DNA of 64,000 nucleotides from an uncultured Gammaproteobacteria bacterium (GCA_964431805.1 CAYSKV010000005.1:3435-67434); one strand, 5' to 3'. Shown: positions 9,329 to 19,342, counted from the first letter of the stretch. The notes: generated by a model from the sequence alone, not told the origin. Made by a program: numbers and translations.

Positions 9329-10603
9329 TTATTGTTTTTTGCCTTCTTTATATAAAAGTTCAAACAATTTATAATATTTCGCTTTTATTAAAGCTTTTAA
9401 ATATCTTGATCTAATTTGCGTTTGCACTAATAATATTTTTTTCGGAGTAAGTTTTATAATCACGCCGAAAAGCCGTCTTAATAATTCACTTGTCCAAGAA
9501 TCATAATTATCAAAAATATAATCTTGCAACCTATTTTCTTCTATGGCGTTAGTCACCACTCTTTCAAAAGAATCTACCGGCGTATAATTAATCTTTTTCT
9601 TTCTCTCCATGGAAATACAATTCTTAGGGCAAAAACGAGAGCAGACTCCGCAGCCAATGCATTTATGTTTATCAATTAAAATTTTACCGTCTTTTTTTAT
9701 AGCGTCTACCGGGCATCTTTTTGCGCAGATTTCGCAAGAGATACATTGCTCCTGATTAATTTGCGCTAAAAAATTGCTTTGAATTCTATTTCTGTCGCCA
9801 AGCTTTCTATAGGCGATTAAAGCCTCGCAGCAACAACCGCAGCAATTACAAATCCAATTAACGCCCTCCTGGATATTGTCGCCGATTTGCACCAAGCCGA
9901 GTTTCCGACATTTATCTAATATTCCCATAGCCTCTGCTTTAGATATTTTTTTAGCGATTTTATGTTTAGATAAACTTTCGGCCGAACCGTTAAAAGTTAA
10001 ACAAACTTCCTGGGGCATATCGCAAGCCTTGCCGACATGCTCCATTTTATGCCGGCAATAGCAAGTGCCGACCGTAATGCAACTCGCCGAGTCTATTATA
10101 TGCGAGGCTTTTTCATAATCTAAAATAATTGATTTGTCTTTAACTTTATCTTCATGGACGAACGTTCTGTCGGCCGGAATACGCATGCCAAAAATCCTTT
10201 TAACAAAAGCCTCTTCCTGATTTATGTATTTATAAAATAACTCTGACAATATTTTACGATCAAATTTTCCATCAGTTCTCATTAAAGAAAATTCAAAAAA
10301 ACCGGCCATGGTTGGCGCGAGAATAAAAACTCTTCTTTTATTATTTTCTAAATCTAATAGAATACCTTTATCGGCTAAACCGTTTAATATTTTTTCGGTT
10401 TCCATTAAATCCTTTTTAAATCTTTTAGCCGCTTCTTTAATTGTAAAAAAACGAATTGGTAATTTTGCGACCAGCTCAGCCTCTTTTTCCGTAAATAAAA
10501 TTTCTAAAATTTTATATAAAGTTTCTGATTCCGGCGCGCCTTGAACATGCCGATCTAACCTTGCTTGTAAATTTTTATATGATTTTGATGTAATATGACC
10601 CAT
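9329..10603 (-). CDS. Cys-rich Fe-S protein: N-terminal winged-helix-like region, central CxC/CCxCCC cluster region, C-terminal 2x[4Fe-4S] ferredoxin domain
   Basis: 424 aa. CISCEICAKRCPVDAI and CIGCGVCSRFCPKNCI are classical ferredoxin motifs. Also CYCRHK..C, and NWICNCCGCCCEAL. Confidence 0.7.
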   Translation of the reverse strand: MGHITSKSYKNLQARLDRHVQGAPESETLYKILEILFTEKEAELVAKLPIRFFTIKEAAKRFKKDLMETEKILNGLADKGILLDLENNKRRVFILAPTMAGFFEFSLMRTDGKFDRKILSELFYKYINQEEAFVKRIFGMRIPADRTFVHEDKVKDKSIILDYEKASHIIDSASCITVGTCYCRHKMEHVGKACDMPQEVCLTFNGSAESLSKHKIAKKISKAEAMGILDKCRKLGLVQIGDNIQEGVNWICNCCGCCCEALIAYRKLGDRNRIQSNFLAQINQEQCISCEICAKRCPVDAIKKDGKILIDKHKCIGCGVCSRFCPKNCISMERKKKINYTPVDSFERVVTNAIEENRLQDYIFDNYDSWTSELLRRLFGVIIKLTPKKILLVQTQIRSRYLKALIKAKYYKLFELLYKEGKKQ

Positions 10604-10620
10604 GAAATTTATCTAATTAT

Positions 10621-11091
10621 TTATTTATTTTTTCTAGTCGGCAAAGGCGCATTAACCATTTCTTCTAAAGTTTGTCTAGAAACTTTATCTAAACCGATGC
10701 CGAACCAATTATACCATTTCCAATGCCAAATCGCCGGCTGATTATTTATTTCCATATCTAAAGTAATCGGATTAATTTTACCTGAATATAAATTGCCATA
10801 AGCATAAACCGAGCCCCTTATCATTTGTTCGTCTAGCGAAAGCCTTATTTTTTTCGTATTTAACTCATTGCCAAAAAAACGATAGCAAAATTCCCCAAAA
10901 TTTTTATTTTGGTTAAATTCTTGATTATATTCTTTTTCTTGCAAAACATAAGCGTGACTTCTTAATTTTTGAGATAAAATAAACCCATAATCAGGGTTTG
11001 TTTTATAGTTAAAAACAACTGTTACGATTAGAAGTATAAATAAAATAAAAAGCGCTAGAAAAAAAATTAATAAAAATTTTTTAATACTCAT
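10621..11091 (-). CDS. Membrane-anchored hypothetical protein
   Basis: 156 aa. Single N-terminal TM (FLLIFFLALFILFILLIV). No recognisable motif. Confidence 0.5.
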   Translation of the reverse strand: MSIKKFLLIFFLALFILFILLIVTVVFNYKTNPDYGFILSQKLRSHAYVLQEKEYNQEFNQNKNFGEFCYRFFGNELNTKKIRLSLDEQMIRGSVYAYGNLYSGKINPITLDMEINNQPAIWHWKWYNWFGIGLDKVSRQTLEEMVNAPLPTRKNK

Positions 11092-11102
11092 AAAATTATT
11101 AA

Positions 11103-11387
11103 TTATCTAAATATAACTTTCCAGTTTTTATTAAATAAAATGCCTTCTTTTTTTAATAAATTTATTTTATTTTTCCCCTTTAAGCCATTATAGCCGCCGA
11201 CCGATCCATCGGATTTAACCACGCGATGGCAGGGAATTTTTTTATTTTGGTTGGCGGACATAATAGCGCCGACAGCACGTGACGCGCGAGTATTGCCAGC
11301 CAAAGCCGCAACCTTAGAATAAGTTAAAACTTTACCGGACGGAATTAAAGAAACTATATCAAGCACAGATTTTTTAAACGATTTCAT
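11103..11387 (-). CDS. MGMT-family (methylated-DNA-protein-cysteine methyltransferase) DNA-binding domain protein, stand-alone C-terminal domain
   Basis: 94 aa. The active-site-type motif IPCHRVV followed by GSVGGY. Confidence 0.8.
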   Translation of the reverse strand: MKSFKKSVLDIVSLIPSGKVLTYSKVAALAGNTRASRAVGAIMSANQNKKIPCHRVVKSDGSVGGYNGLKGKNKINLLKKEGILFNKNWKVIFR

Positions 11388-11399
11388 AAAAAATAAATG

Positions 11400-11486
11400 C
11401 GGAGAGGGCGAGATTTGAACTCGCGAAGGGCGTTAACCCTTGCCGCTTTTCGAGAGCGGTACCTTCAACCACTCAGTCACCTCTCC
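11400..11486 (-). tRNA. tRNA-Ser (anticodon CGA), class II long variable arm, discriminator G
   Basis: Reverse complement GGAGAGG..CCGCT-CTCGAAA-AGCGG..long arm..GCGAG-TTCAAAT-CTCGC-CCTCTCC-G folds as a cloverleaf by hand. Confidence 0.9.
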
Positions 11487-11501
11487 AATTTTTCAGCTAT
11501 T

Positions 11502-11846
11502 TTACTTTAACAGCATTAACTCTCCGATGGCAAGTAGTAGCCAAACAAACAAACTGGCCGTGGTGTAAAATAAAAGTTTTAAGGCTTGTTTCTTTTTGCC
11601 ATCTAAATAATACAAGATCGGTCGGCCTAAAACTAGCGAACTAGTAATCAGGGCGGATAAAATGAAAATCATGAGCATAGTCATGCCGGCTAACATTTCA
11701 TTGGTTGGTCCAATAAATTTACCGGCGCTATTCATAAACCAGACTACTAACGCCACATAAAGAAAAACTCCGACCGAATGAAGAATTCCCAATAAAACTA
11801 AATCCTTTTCTTCGTTGTTATTTTTGTTAGAAAAAATTTTCATCAT
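11502..11846 (-). CDS. Small membrane protein (3-4 TM), unknown function
   Basis: Trimmed to the internal ATG (MMKIFSNK...) to avoid overlap with the upstream gene. Hydrophobic segments. Confidence 0.5.
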   Translation of the reverse strand: MMKIFSNKNNNEEKDLVLLGILHSVGVFLYVALVVWFMNSAGKFIGPTNEMLAGMTMLMIFILSALITSSLVLGRPILYYLDGKKKQALKLLFYTTASLFVWLLLAIGELMLLK

Positions 11847-11853
11847 ATATTTA

Positions 11854-12183
11854 TTATTCGGCGCTTTGTAAAAAAATTTTTTTAGCAAAACCGCCGCGTT
11901 TAATTTTTCTTTCTTGTTTTAATTTATTAATTTCTTTTATATTTAAATTATAATAATTAATAATAGCATCAATCACTTCATAAATATCCCCGATTTCTTT
12001 TTGCATTTCTAGCTTATCACCTTTAATTTGAATTAATTCCTCTGACTCTTCTTTTATTTTTTTCAATAACTCAACAATAAATTCTTCATCATCTAAAATT
12101 CTAATCGTCGGTTCGCTGTTATCAGCCTTCATAATTTCCGGAATATTATCCCGCACTAATTTATTATATATTGTTTTTGCCAT
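11854..12183 (-). CDS. MazG-like nucleoside triphosphate pyrophosphohydrolase (small all-alpha NTP-PPase)
   Basis: 109 aa. YNKLVRDNIPEI start and EExxE..D acidic helix pattern typical of the small MazG-like family. Confidence 0.6.
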   Translation of the reverse strand: MAKTIYNKLVRDNIPEIMKADNSEPTIRILDDEEFIVELLKKIKEESEELIQIKGDKLEMQKEIGDIYEVIDAIINYYNLNIKEINKLKQERKIKRGGFAKKIFLQSAE

Positions 12184-13561
12184 AATTTTTTTCTAAATTT
12201 ATCATACTTATCATAGCAAGGAATAACCAAAACATAACGGACAAATCATTTTTAAAATATGGCACATCAACTATACCATGCACAATAATAGCAACCATAG
12301 CGCAAATCAGGCCGATATTTATATATTTATATTTTGCCGACGCCTGCCGGTAATTTTTAATCCCTGTCCAGAAATACTTTAAAATAATCCAAACAAAAAG
12401 CATCATGCCGGCTAAACCTAATTCAGACCAAAAATTTAAAATTATATTATGCGGATACAAATAAATTTCTAGAGGCTGCCACATTTGTTTTCTATAGTCA
12501 GCGCTATTGCGTAAATTCCTTAGCCAATTTGGGTCGTCATTTTTTATAAAAAATCCTTCGGCGTGATAAGACGCGACCGCGTTTTTAAAATTAGCTAAAC
12601 CGGCGCCAGTAATTAAACGACCGTCTTTTAACATCTCCCAGCTCTCTTCCCAGCCAACCATTCTTATCTGTCCAGAAAAAGTTTTAAAAGTTGCTGTATC
12701 GTAAACTAATTTTCTGACAGGTTGGTATGCAATTACGCCAATCATTATAAGTAATAAAGCGATGGCTACCATCCATCTAACTTTTTTATTTACCATTAAA
12801 CCGAAAACTATCAACCCGGCCACTGCCCCAAGCAAAGCGCCCTTTGATTTAGAAAAATAAATAGACAAAGTAGCAAATATAATTGTTAAACCAATAAAAA
12901 ATATTTTTATTTTTTCATTTCGCGCATAAGCAATGGCAGAAAAAAACCAGCCAACCATAATTAATATAATTGGCCCTAAATATAACCCAACCGCATTCGG
13001 GTAACCGAAAAAAGAAACCACCCGTCGCGTCTCCGCGGCCGCCCAAGCAGGATTATTTATAAAATTACCGGTAATTTTTTGATAAATCGCTAAAAGCGAT
13101 ACGGCTAAAGCGCTTATAGCTAACGACCATAAAATTTTATTTCTGCCATCTTCGCCTTTCATTATATTTAATACTACTATAAAAAACATCAACGGCTCAA
13201 AAAAATACGCCTTAAAAATACCAAGCGAACTAAAACTAAAGCCAGAAACTCCAGCGGCCACAAAAGCGACTAACAATAATAAAACAATTTCCCAATCAAA
13301 TGGATATCTTATTTTTATTTTTTTATTTTCTTTTTTAAAATTCTCTAAAAAATTATTTTTAACTCGACTAAAATTTTTAATTAACCAAATTAAAAAAACA
13401 ACCCAAATCATTACTTCAAGCAATGTCGCCGGCAAACCAAAAATATTAAATCTAATTAAATAAGCCGGTAAGGCAGCAATTAAAAACATAACCGCCCAAT
13501 CAAGGCGGAAAAAAGCAAAAATAGAAAATAAAACAATAAAAATTATAATTAAATAAATCAT
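12164..13561 (-). CDS. O-antigen ligase/Wzy-like polytopic membrane protein
   Basis: 465 aa with more than 10 TM. The loop with YPHNIILNFWSELGLAGMMLF resembles the Wzy_C/O-antigen ligase motif. Confidence 0.6.
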   Translation of the reverse strand: MIYLIIIFIVLFSIFAFFRLDWAVMFLIAALPAYLIRFNIFGLPATLLEVMIWVVFLIWLIKNFSRVKNNFLENFKKENKKIKIRYPFDWEIVLLLLVAFVAAGVSGFSFSSLGIFKAYFFEPLMFFIVVLNIMKGEDGRNKILWSLAISALAVSLLAIYQKITGNFINNPAWAAAETRRVVSFFGYPNAVGLYLGPIILIMVGWFFSAIAYARNEKIKIFFIGLTIIFATLSIYFSKSKGALLGAVAGLIVFGLMVNKKVRWMVAIALLLIMIGVIAYQPVRKLVYDTATFKTFSGQIRMVGWEESWEMLKDGRLITGAGLANFKNAVASYHAEGFFIKNDDPNWLRNLRNSADYRKQMWQPLEIYLYPHNIILNFWSELGLAGMMLFVWIILKYFWTGIKNYRQASAKYKYINIGLICAMVAIIVHGIVDVPYFKNDLSVMFWLFLAMISMINLEKNYGKNNI

Positions 13562-13567
13562 TTTATT

Positions 13568-14533
13568 TTAAACAATAAACAAATATAAACCCAAACAAAC
13601 CATGACTGTGCCAATTAATTTCTGAAGTAGCACGCCGCCGCCTAATTGCTCATTTAACATTTTCGGAAATTTATTGGAAATTAATAAAATTATGACAAAC
13701 AAAAATAAATATTGCACGCCCTGTAAAGCGTTAACCATAGCAACATTGCCCAAACTAATCGCCCAATTAATCATAATAAACGCGGCAGCGGCTAAAAGTC
13801 TAATAGTTAAAAAATAAAACATATTTTTAGGAGTTTTAGCTCCTTTTTGTTGTTCAAAAATTAAACGCCGCCAATCAGGCACAAACAGCATCAAAAGCAC
13901 GCCAACAAAAGATCCTAAGCGCGACCAAACAAAACTGCCAACAAACGGCTGATACATATAAATGTACTTCATTAAAATATAATAAACAGCGAAAAAAACC
14001 GCGGCCGTGACTGAATTAATTAAAATACGACTAGTCGGCTGAGCGCCGGCCGGAACGTTACCGACAATATCGCCAACAACTTCTCTAAATCTAGCCACAA
14101 CCCTTTGATATGAATAAACTTTTGTATGTTTAATTGAAATTAAAACACCGCCGCAAATTAAAATAAAAAAAGCTAAAAGTTGTTGCCCGGATAAAGTCTC
14201 GCCTAAAAAGACAAAAGACAAAATAAAACTAAATACCGGCACTAAGGCGCCGACAATCGGCACCACGCGCGAAGCTTCGCTTTGATGCAAAGCCTTATAC
14301 CAGAATACTAAAGTAATTAAAAATAAAAAACCAGCTAATAGATCAAGGGTCATTTCCTGTAAATTAGGCATCCAAGGCCAGAAGAACAATAAGCCTACAT
14401 TAAAAACACTCCAAATACCAACATAAAAAGCATAGGCTATGGAAGAATGAATCTTTTTAGATAACAAAAATTTGTCCGCCACATAAACGCCGGCGTTAAT
14501 AAAATAGGCTCCGATAGTGATAAAAATCCACAT
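13568..14533 (-). CDS. Polytopic membrane protein, DMT/EamA-like
   Basis: 321 aa, about 10 TM, with an internal two-fold hydrophobic pattern. Confidence 0.45.
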   Translation of the reverse strand: MWIFITIGAYFINAGVYVADKFLLSKKIHSSIAYAFYVGIWSVFNVGLLFFWPWMPNLQEMTLDLLAGFLFLITLVFWYKALHQSEASRVVPIVGALVPVFSFILSFVFLGETLSGQQLLAFFILICGGVLISIKHTKVYSYQRVVARFREVVGDIVGNVPAGAQPTSRILINSVTAAVFFAVYYILMKYIYMYQPFVGSFVWSRLGSFVGVLLMLFVPDWRRLIFEQQKGAKTPKNMFYFLTIRLLAAAAFIMINWAISLGNVAMVNALQGVQYLFLFVIILLISNKFPKMLNEQLGGGVLLQKLIGTVMVCLGLYLFIV

Positions 14534-14739
14534 AAATTAGTCATTAAATTATATTTATATTTTAGCATTTTTTATTTATGATTGCGAGCCTGCCTAGCCG
14601 CCATAAAAAATTAAACTCCGTCGCGCACTTCGGAATATTTTACCCTTGATTTTTTTTCTAATCTATAGTAATCTCTTTTGAAAGGGGGGTAAAAATAAAT
14701 CGCAAACTAAAAAATAAATATTGATTAGAGGAGGAACTA

Positions 14740-15297
14740 ATGTATAAAGGAAAAATTAGTTGGACGGATGTAATTAATAAGGTTATCGTGCATGCCAATT
14801 TAAATTTTATCAAAAGCGAAGATTTTATTCGGCTATACTCAATAAAAAGATACATAATAAACGACAGATTGCTTCGCTTTCTTAAAAATCATGAATTTGA
14901 AGAAGAAATTTGTCTTGCACGAGGAAAAGTTCTGGTTGACAAAAAATTTCGCGAAGAATCAGGTGGACAATTGCCGCTTAGCAACTGCTCTTGGCTATTA
15001 CTGCCAACTGGTATGAGTTTAAAAAAACAAACTCATATTGATCTGGGTGTTAATTTCAATATTGATGAAAAAGATGCTTGTGCAGTTCTTAACGCGCAGA
15101 TAAACGTACCTCATGACATGCCAAGCGCCGACCTGCCTCATCGCCGGCTATTTGATGTATTATTCGGTTACAACGACGGCTTACCAAAGCCAAAAGGGAA
15201 AATAGTTGAAGAAATCCGGCAATTTGGCCATAGCTTTATTACTTTTGATCAACTCGGAATCAAAGGAGCTAAAGTTTTCATACCGCCGCCAAAATAA
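14740..15297 (+). CDS. Hypothetical protein (orphan), strong SD
   Basis: 185 aa. GAGGAGG 6 nt upstream of the ATG. Followed by the terminator CAGCCAA-cctaagga-TTGGCTG-T8. No motif recognised. Confidence 0.6.
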   Translation: MYKGKISWTDVINKVIVHANLNFIKSEDFIRLYSIKRYIINDRLLRFLKNHEFEEEICLARGKVLVDKKFREESGGQLPLSNCSWLLLPTGMSLKKQTHIDLGVNFNIDEKDACAVLNAQINVPHDMPSADLPHRRLFDVLFGYNDGLPKPKGKIVEEIRQFGHSFITFDQLGIKGAKVFIPPPK

Positions 15298-15403
15298 GTT
15301 GAAATTCTTCATTAAACAACAGCCAACCTAAGGATTGGCTGATTTTTTTTAAAAAAACGACCCAATATTATTGAGGCGTTTTTTATATTAAATTTTAATA
15401 ATT

Positions 15404-16507
15404 TTATAAATCTAATAATACGGCCGCAATCCAAGGGAAAGCTACAGTAACGTCGCTTTGAATTATCTGATAATAACTTTGGGTTGATAATTTATCCCAA
15501 GTTATTTTTTCTTTACCGCCAGCGCCGGAATATGAACCATAAGACATTGGCGATGAACCGATTTCAACAAAACCGGCCCAATCTCTAATTTTGTTATGAA
15601 ATCTTAAATCATGTTTAAGCGAAGGCACAACACAAATTGGGAAATCAGCCGAAATTCCGCCACCTAATTGCAAAAAGGCAATCGGCGCGTTTTTAGATTC
15701 TTTCATATACCAATCATAAAGAAAATGAAAATATTCTAAACCATTTTTCATAACTTTACCATCAATAGTGATATCGCCTTTTTTCTTATGCGCGCCTTTA
15801 TAGGTATAGCTAGAAAAAATATTTCCCATCGTAGAATCTTCAAAACCAGGGATAACAATCGGAATATTTTTTTTGTAAGCTGCATAAGTCCAGCAGTCGG
15901 CCGGATTAGATTGTTTATCTGGTGAAATTAATTTTTTAGAAAATAACCGGCGAAAATATTCATGTGGAAAATAACTTTCACCTTTTTTCTCGGCCTCTTT
16001 CCACATTTTTACTAAATGTGGCTCCATAATGCGCACGCTTTCATCTTCCGGCAAAAAGGTATCGGTAATGCGGCGCAACCCGGCATCGCGTAATTCAGCT
16101 TCCTGCTCCGGAGTTAACTCGGTATAGCGCGGAATATAAGCATAATGCGAGTGCGCAACATAGCGGTAATATGATTCTTCATGATTAGCACCAGTCGCCG
16201 AAATCAAATGTACTTTATTTTTTCTAATTAACTCGGCGAGCATCACCCCGACCTGAAAAGAGCTTAACGCTCCGGCTAAAGTAATAACTAATTTACCGCC
16301 ATTTTTTAAATGATTTTTTAACCATAAAGCCGCTTGCATAGTTGAACCGCCATTACAATGATTTAAAGTCGCCTGGCCAAAAGCCGAAACCGGAGCTTTA
16401 GATTTTTTAACGTAAGCGCTTAATTCACCCATTTTAGATTTATTGCCTTCGGGTATAATTAATTTTTTTAATCCGGGAGAAAGTTTATTAAGAGTAGTTT
16501 TTTTCAT
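15404..16507 (-). CDS. Deoxyhypusine synthase-like (DHS/homospermidine-synthase family) protein
   Basis: Trimmed to the ATG at 16505-16507 (MKKTTLNK). The overall pattern TLAGALSS...HLISATGANHEES...GGGISADFPI resembles the DHS Rossmann family. Confidence 0.65.
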   Translation of the reverse strand: MKKTTLNKLSPGLKKLIIPEGNKSKMGELSAYVKKSKAPVSAFGQATLNHCNGGSTMQAALWLKNHLKNGGKLVITLAGALSSFQVGVMLAELIRKNKVHLISATGANHEESYYRYVAHSHYAYIPRYTELTPEQEAELRDAGLRRITDTFLPEDESVRIMEPHLVKMWKEAEKKGESYFPHEYFRRLFSKKLISPDKQSNPADCWTYAAYKKNIPIVIPGFEDSTMGNIFSSYTYKGAHKKKGDITIDGKVMKNGLEYFHFLYDWYMKESKNAPIAFLQLGGGISADFPICVVPSLKHDLRFHNKIRDWAGFVEIGSSPMSYGSYSGAGGKEKITWDKLSTQSYYQIIQSDVTVAFPWIAAVLLDL

Positions 16508-16579
16508 AATAAAATAATAATTATTTACCACTTTATAATAATACATATCCTGTAAATTTTCAATAGTTTTGTCGTTTGC

Positions 16580-16619
16580 TTGACATTTTTTAAATATACG
16601 ATATACTTAGATAATCTAA
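16580..16619 (+). promoter_or_regulatory. Promoter of the marR-efflux operon with an overlapping palindromic operator candidate
   Basis: TTGACA (16580-16585), 16 nt, TATACT (16602-16607). The palindrome TTAGAtaaTCTAA (16607-16619) overlaps the -10/+1 region. Confidence 0.45.
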
Positions 16620-16642
16620 CTATTTAATAAACTAATAAATAT

Positions 16643-17065
16643 ATGCCAAATGACAAAAGCGAAATAATGAATTTATTATTTGCTACCGTTAAAATCATTA
16701 AAGAAAATTTTAGTAAACAAAAAGTTGACGGAATTTCTTTAGCACAAATAAAAACTCTCGGATTTATTGAAAAGAAAAAAAATCCGACCATGAAAGAAGT
16801 AGCCGACGAATTAGGAATTACTCCCCCATCGGCAACAGTTTTAGTTGATTCATTCGTTCTGCATGGATTAGTTAAAAGAGTTTATAACACCGATGATCGT
16901 CGAACTATAAAATTAGCACTAACAATCAAAGGTAAAAATTATTTAAATGAGCATTTTAAAAATATGGCGCAAAAAATGGAAAATTTATTATCCCATTTAA
17001 ATAAAAATCAAATCAACAACTTTAAAGAAATCTTAAATATATTATTAAAAAATTCTAAAAAGTAA
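16643..17065 (+). CDS. MarR-family transcriptional regulator
   Basis: 140 aa. wHTH pattern LAQIKTLGFI..MKEVADELGITPPSATVLVDSFV..GLVKR..DDRR. Confidence 0.85.
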   Translation: MPNDKSEIMNLLFATVKIIKENFSKQKVDGISLAQIKTLGFIEKKKNPTMKEVADELGITPPSATVLVDSFVLHGLVKRVYNTDDRRTIKLALTIKGKNYLNEHFKNMAQKMENLLSHLNKNQINNFKEILNILLKNSKK

Positions 17066-17076
17066 CTTAATTATTT

Positions 17077-18699
17077 ATGGAATTAAAGAAAAAAATTATT
17101 ATTGCGGTATTCGGCGTAATTTTAATCGGAGGGCTAGTTGTTAGCGCTTATTTTTTGTTTGATAAAAATTCTAAAACAAAATATAATTTCGCGACAGTTA
17201 ATAAAGGCGACATAGCTGAGGAAATTAATTTAAATGGTAACGTTAAGGCGGCCGAAAACGTTCAATTAGCTTTTGAAAAATCCGGAAAAATTGCTCAGGC
17301 TAATTTTAAAGTCGGCGATAAAGTTAAAAATGGCCAATTAATAGCTAGCTTAATATCAGTTGATTTAAACGCACAATTAGCGCAAGCGCAAGCCGCTTAT
17401 GATGCACAAATAGCTATTTTAAAAAATCTCCAGGCTGGCGCACGCGCAGAGGATATACAAATTTCGGCTACAGTTGTAAAAAATGCGCAAAATAGCTTAG
17501 CTGATACAAAAAATAAAGCTGATAATGACTTAAATATACTTTATATAAAATCAAGCGATATACTAAATGATGCTTATGCTAAATCCTTTGATGCTTTAAA
17601 TAATAAAATTGATGGCATCTTTAACCATCCTTTGAGTGACAGCCCTGTTCTTGTACCGATGATAAATAATTCAGCGCTAGAAAATTATTTGGAAAATCAA
17701 CGCCCAATTATTAACCAAGAGTTAATTAAAATGAAAAATGAAATTGATAATTTAAACTCTGACCAAATAAATATTGATGATACTTTAATTAAAACTATCA
17801 CTCATCTTGAAAGTATTAAGAATTTCTTAAATCAATTAAACGATGCCATGAATTCTGTATTAATTTCCTCAACTATGACAACAGCGCAAGTTTCTACTTA
17901 CAAAAATAATATCAGCTCTGCTATTAGCAATCTTAATACTGCTATTTCTACAATTAACAGCCAGCAAAATGCCATTGCTACGCAAAAAATCACTAATCAA
18001 AATTCCATAACTTTAGCAGAAAATAATTTAGCTTTAGCACAAAAACAGTTAGACCTTAAACAAGCTGGCGCTACAGATGAACAAATTGCAGCCCAACAAG
18101 CGGCAGTTAACCAAGCTGCGGCTGCTATGCAAAATATTAGAGCACAATTGAGTAAATCTGCTCTAATTTCACCAATTAACGGCACTATAAGTAAACAAGA
18201 TGCTAAGGTTGGAGAAATAGCCTCCATGAATGTTCCGCTTATTTCGATTATCAGTGATGCTAAATTTCAAATAGAAACTCAAGTAGCAGAAGCTGACATC
18301 GAAAAAATACAAATTGGACAAACAGCTAAAATAACTCTTGACGCTGATAATGGCCAACATATCTTTCAAGCTAAAGTTATTTTAATTGATCCAGCTAAAA
18401 CTGTAACCAATGGTTCAGCAACTTATAAAGTGACTTTAGAATTTATTGATGAAGATCCATTAATTAAAGATGGTTTGACTGCTAATTTAAAAATTGTTAC
18501 TAAACAAAAAACTGATACTTTGCTTATTCCAACCTCTTCAATAATAAAACAATACGATAAAACAATTGTGCTAAAAAATAATGGCTTAGGTAACGTAGAT
18601 CAAGTTTACGTTACAACCGGCATCAACCAAGGCAGTTTAACTGAAATTTTATCTGGATTGAACCAAGGCGATGAGATAGTAACCTTCAATAAAAATTAA
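17077..18699 (+). CDS. HlyD/membrane-fusion-family periplasmic adaptor (long coiled-coil)
   Basis: 540 aa. N-terminal TM, biotinyl/lipoyl-like hairpin (GDKVKNGQLIASL), a long alpha-helical hairpin, and a beta-barrel C-terminus. Confidence 0.75.
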   Translation: MELKKKIIIAVFGVILIGGLVVSAYFLFDKNSKTKYNFATVNKGDIAEEINLNGNVKAAENVQLAFEKSGKIAQANFKVGDKVKNGQLIASLISVDLNAQLAQAQAAYDAQIAILKNLQAGARAEDIQISATVVKNAQNSLADTKNKADNDLNILYIKSSDILNDAYAKSFDALNNKIDGIFNHPLSDSPVLVPMINNSALENYLENQRPIINQELIKMKNEIDNLNSDQINIDDTLIKTITHLESIKNFLNQLNDAMNSVLISSTMTTAQVSTYKNNISSAISNLNTAISTINSQQNAIATQKITNQNSITLAENNLALAQKQLDLKQAGATDEQIAAQQAAVNQAAAAMQNIRAQLSKSALISPINGTISKQDAKVGEIASMNVPLISIISDAKFQIETQVAEADIEKIQIGQTAKITLDADNGQHIFQAKVILIDPAKTVTNGSATYKVTLEFIDEDPLIKDGLTANLKIVTKQKTDTLLIPTSSIIKQYDKTIVLKNNGLGNVDQVYVTTGINQGSLTEILSGLNQGDEIVTFNKN

Positions 18700-18722
18700 A
18701 AAATAAATATTGTAAAAATCTT

Positions 18723-19337
18723 ATGACACAAATAAATAAAAAAACTATTATCATTTTACTTACAATTTTAATAACTTGCGGCATTGCCTGCGGCGGAATA
18801 TACTTTTATATCGCGCAAAAAACTATTTATACAGAATCAGCAGAAATTTCCGCACCCACAATAGCTTTATCAGCAAAAACATCCGGGGCTTTACAAGAAA
18901 TAATGGTTAAACCTGGCGATATGATTAATGAAAATACGGTTGTTGCTCGCGTCGGCGATCAACTTATAAAAACTAAATCAGCCGGTTTAATTATAGCTAC
19001 AGAAACTGACATGGGAAAAATTTTTAACCCCGGAGAAGCGGTTGTGACAATGATTGTACCTGATGAACTGCGCTTAATCGGACATATTGAAGAAGATAAA
19101 GGCTTAAAAGATATAAAAATCGGCCAGACTGTAACTTTTAAAATAGATGCTTTTGATAATAAAAAATATTATGGTGTGGTTGATGAAATAAGCGAAACAG
19201 CTAATACTACTGGCGTAGCTTTCAGTATCTCCGATAAACGAGCAACAAAAAAATTTGATATCAAAGTTAGATTTGATATTAACCAATATAGCGAATTAAA
19301 AAATGGCATGTCTGCCAAACTTTGGATTTCTAAATAG
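18723..19337 (+). CDS. Short HlyD/EmrA-like secretion adaptor
   Basis: 204 aa. TM then VKPGDMINENTVVARV lipoyl-like motif. No coiled-coil insert. Confidence 0.6.
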   Translation: MTQINKKTIIILLTILITCGIACGGIYFYIAQKTIYTESAEISAPTIALSAKTSGALQEIMVKPGDMINENTVVARVGDQLIKTKSAGLIIATETDMGKIFNPGEAVVTMIVPDELRLIGHIEEDKGLKDIKIGQTVTFKIDAFDNKKYYGVVDEISETANTTGVAFSISDKRATKKFDIKVRFDINQYSELKNGMSAKLWISK

Positions 19338-19342
19338 GTCTC

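Noticed and set aside
16607-16619. TTAGATAAT, shared between the marR operator candidate and both giant-protein leaders (4359-4367, 59173-59165), as evidence that MarR controls the surface proteins
   Set aside because: A 9-mer of this composition is expected a few times by chance in 128 kb of AT-rich sequence. Half-site spacing differs (3 nt versus 18 nt). It is not supportable without data.
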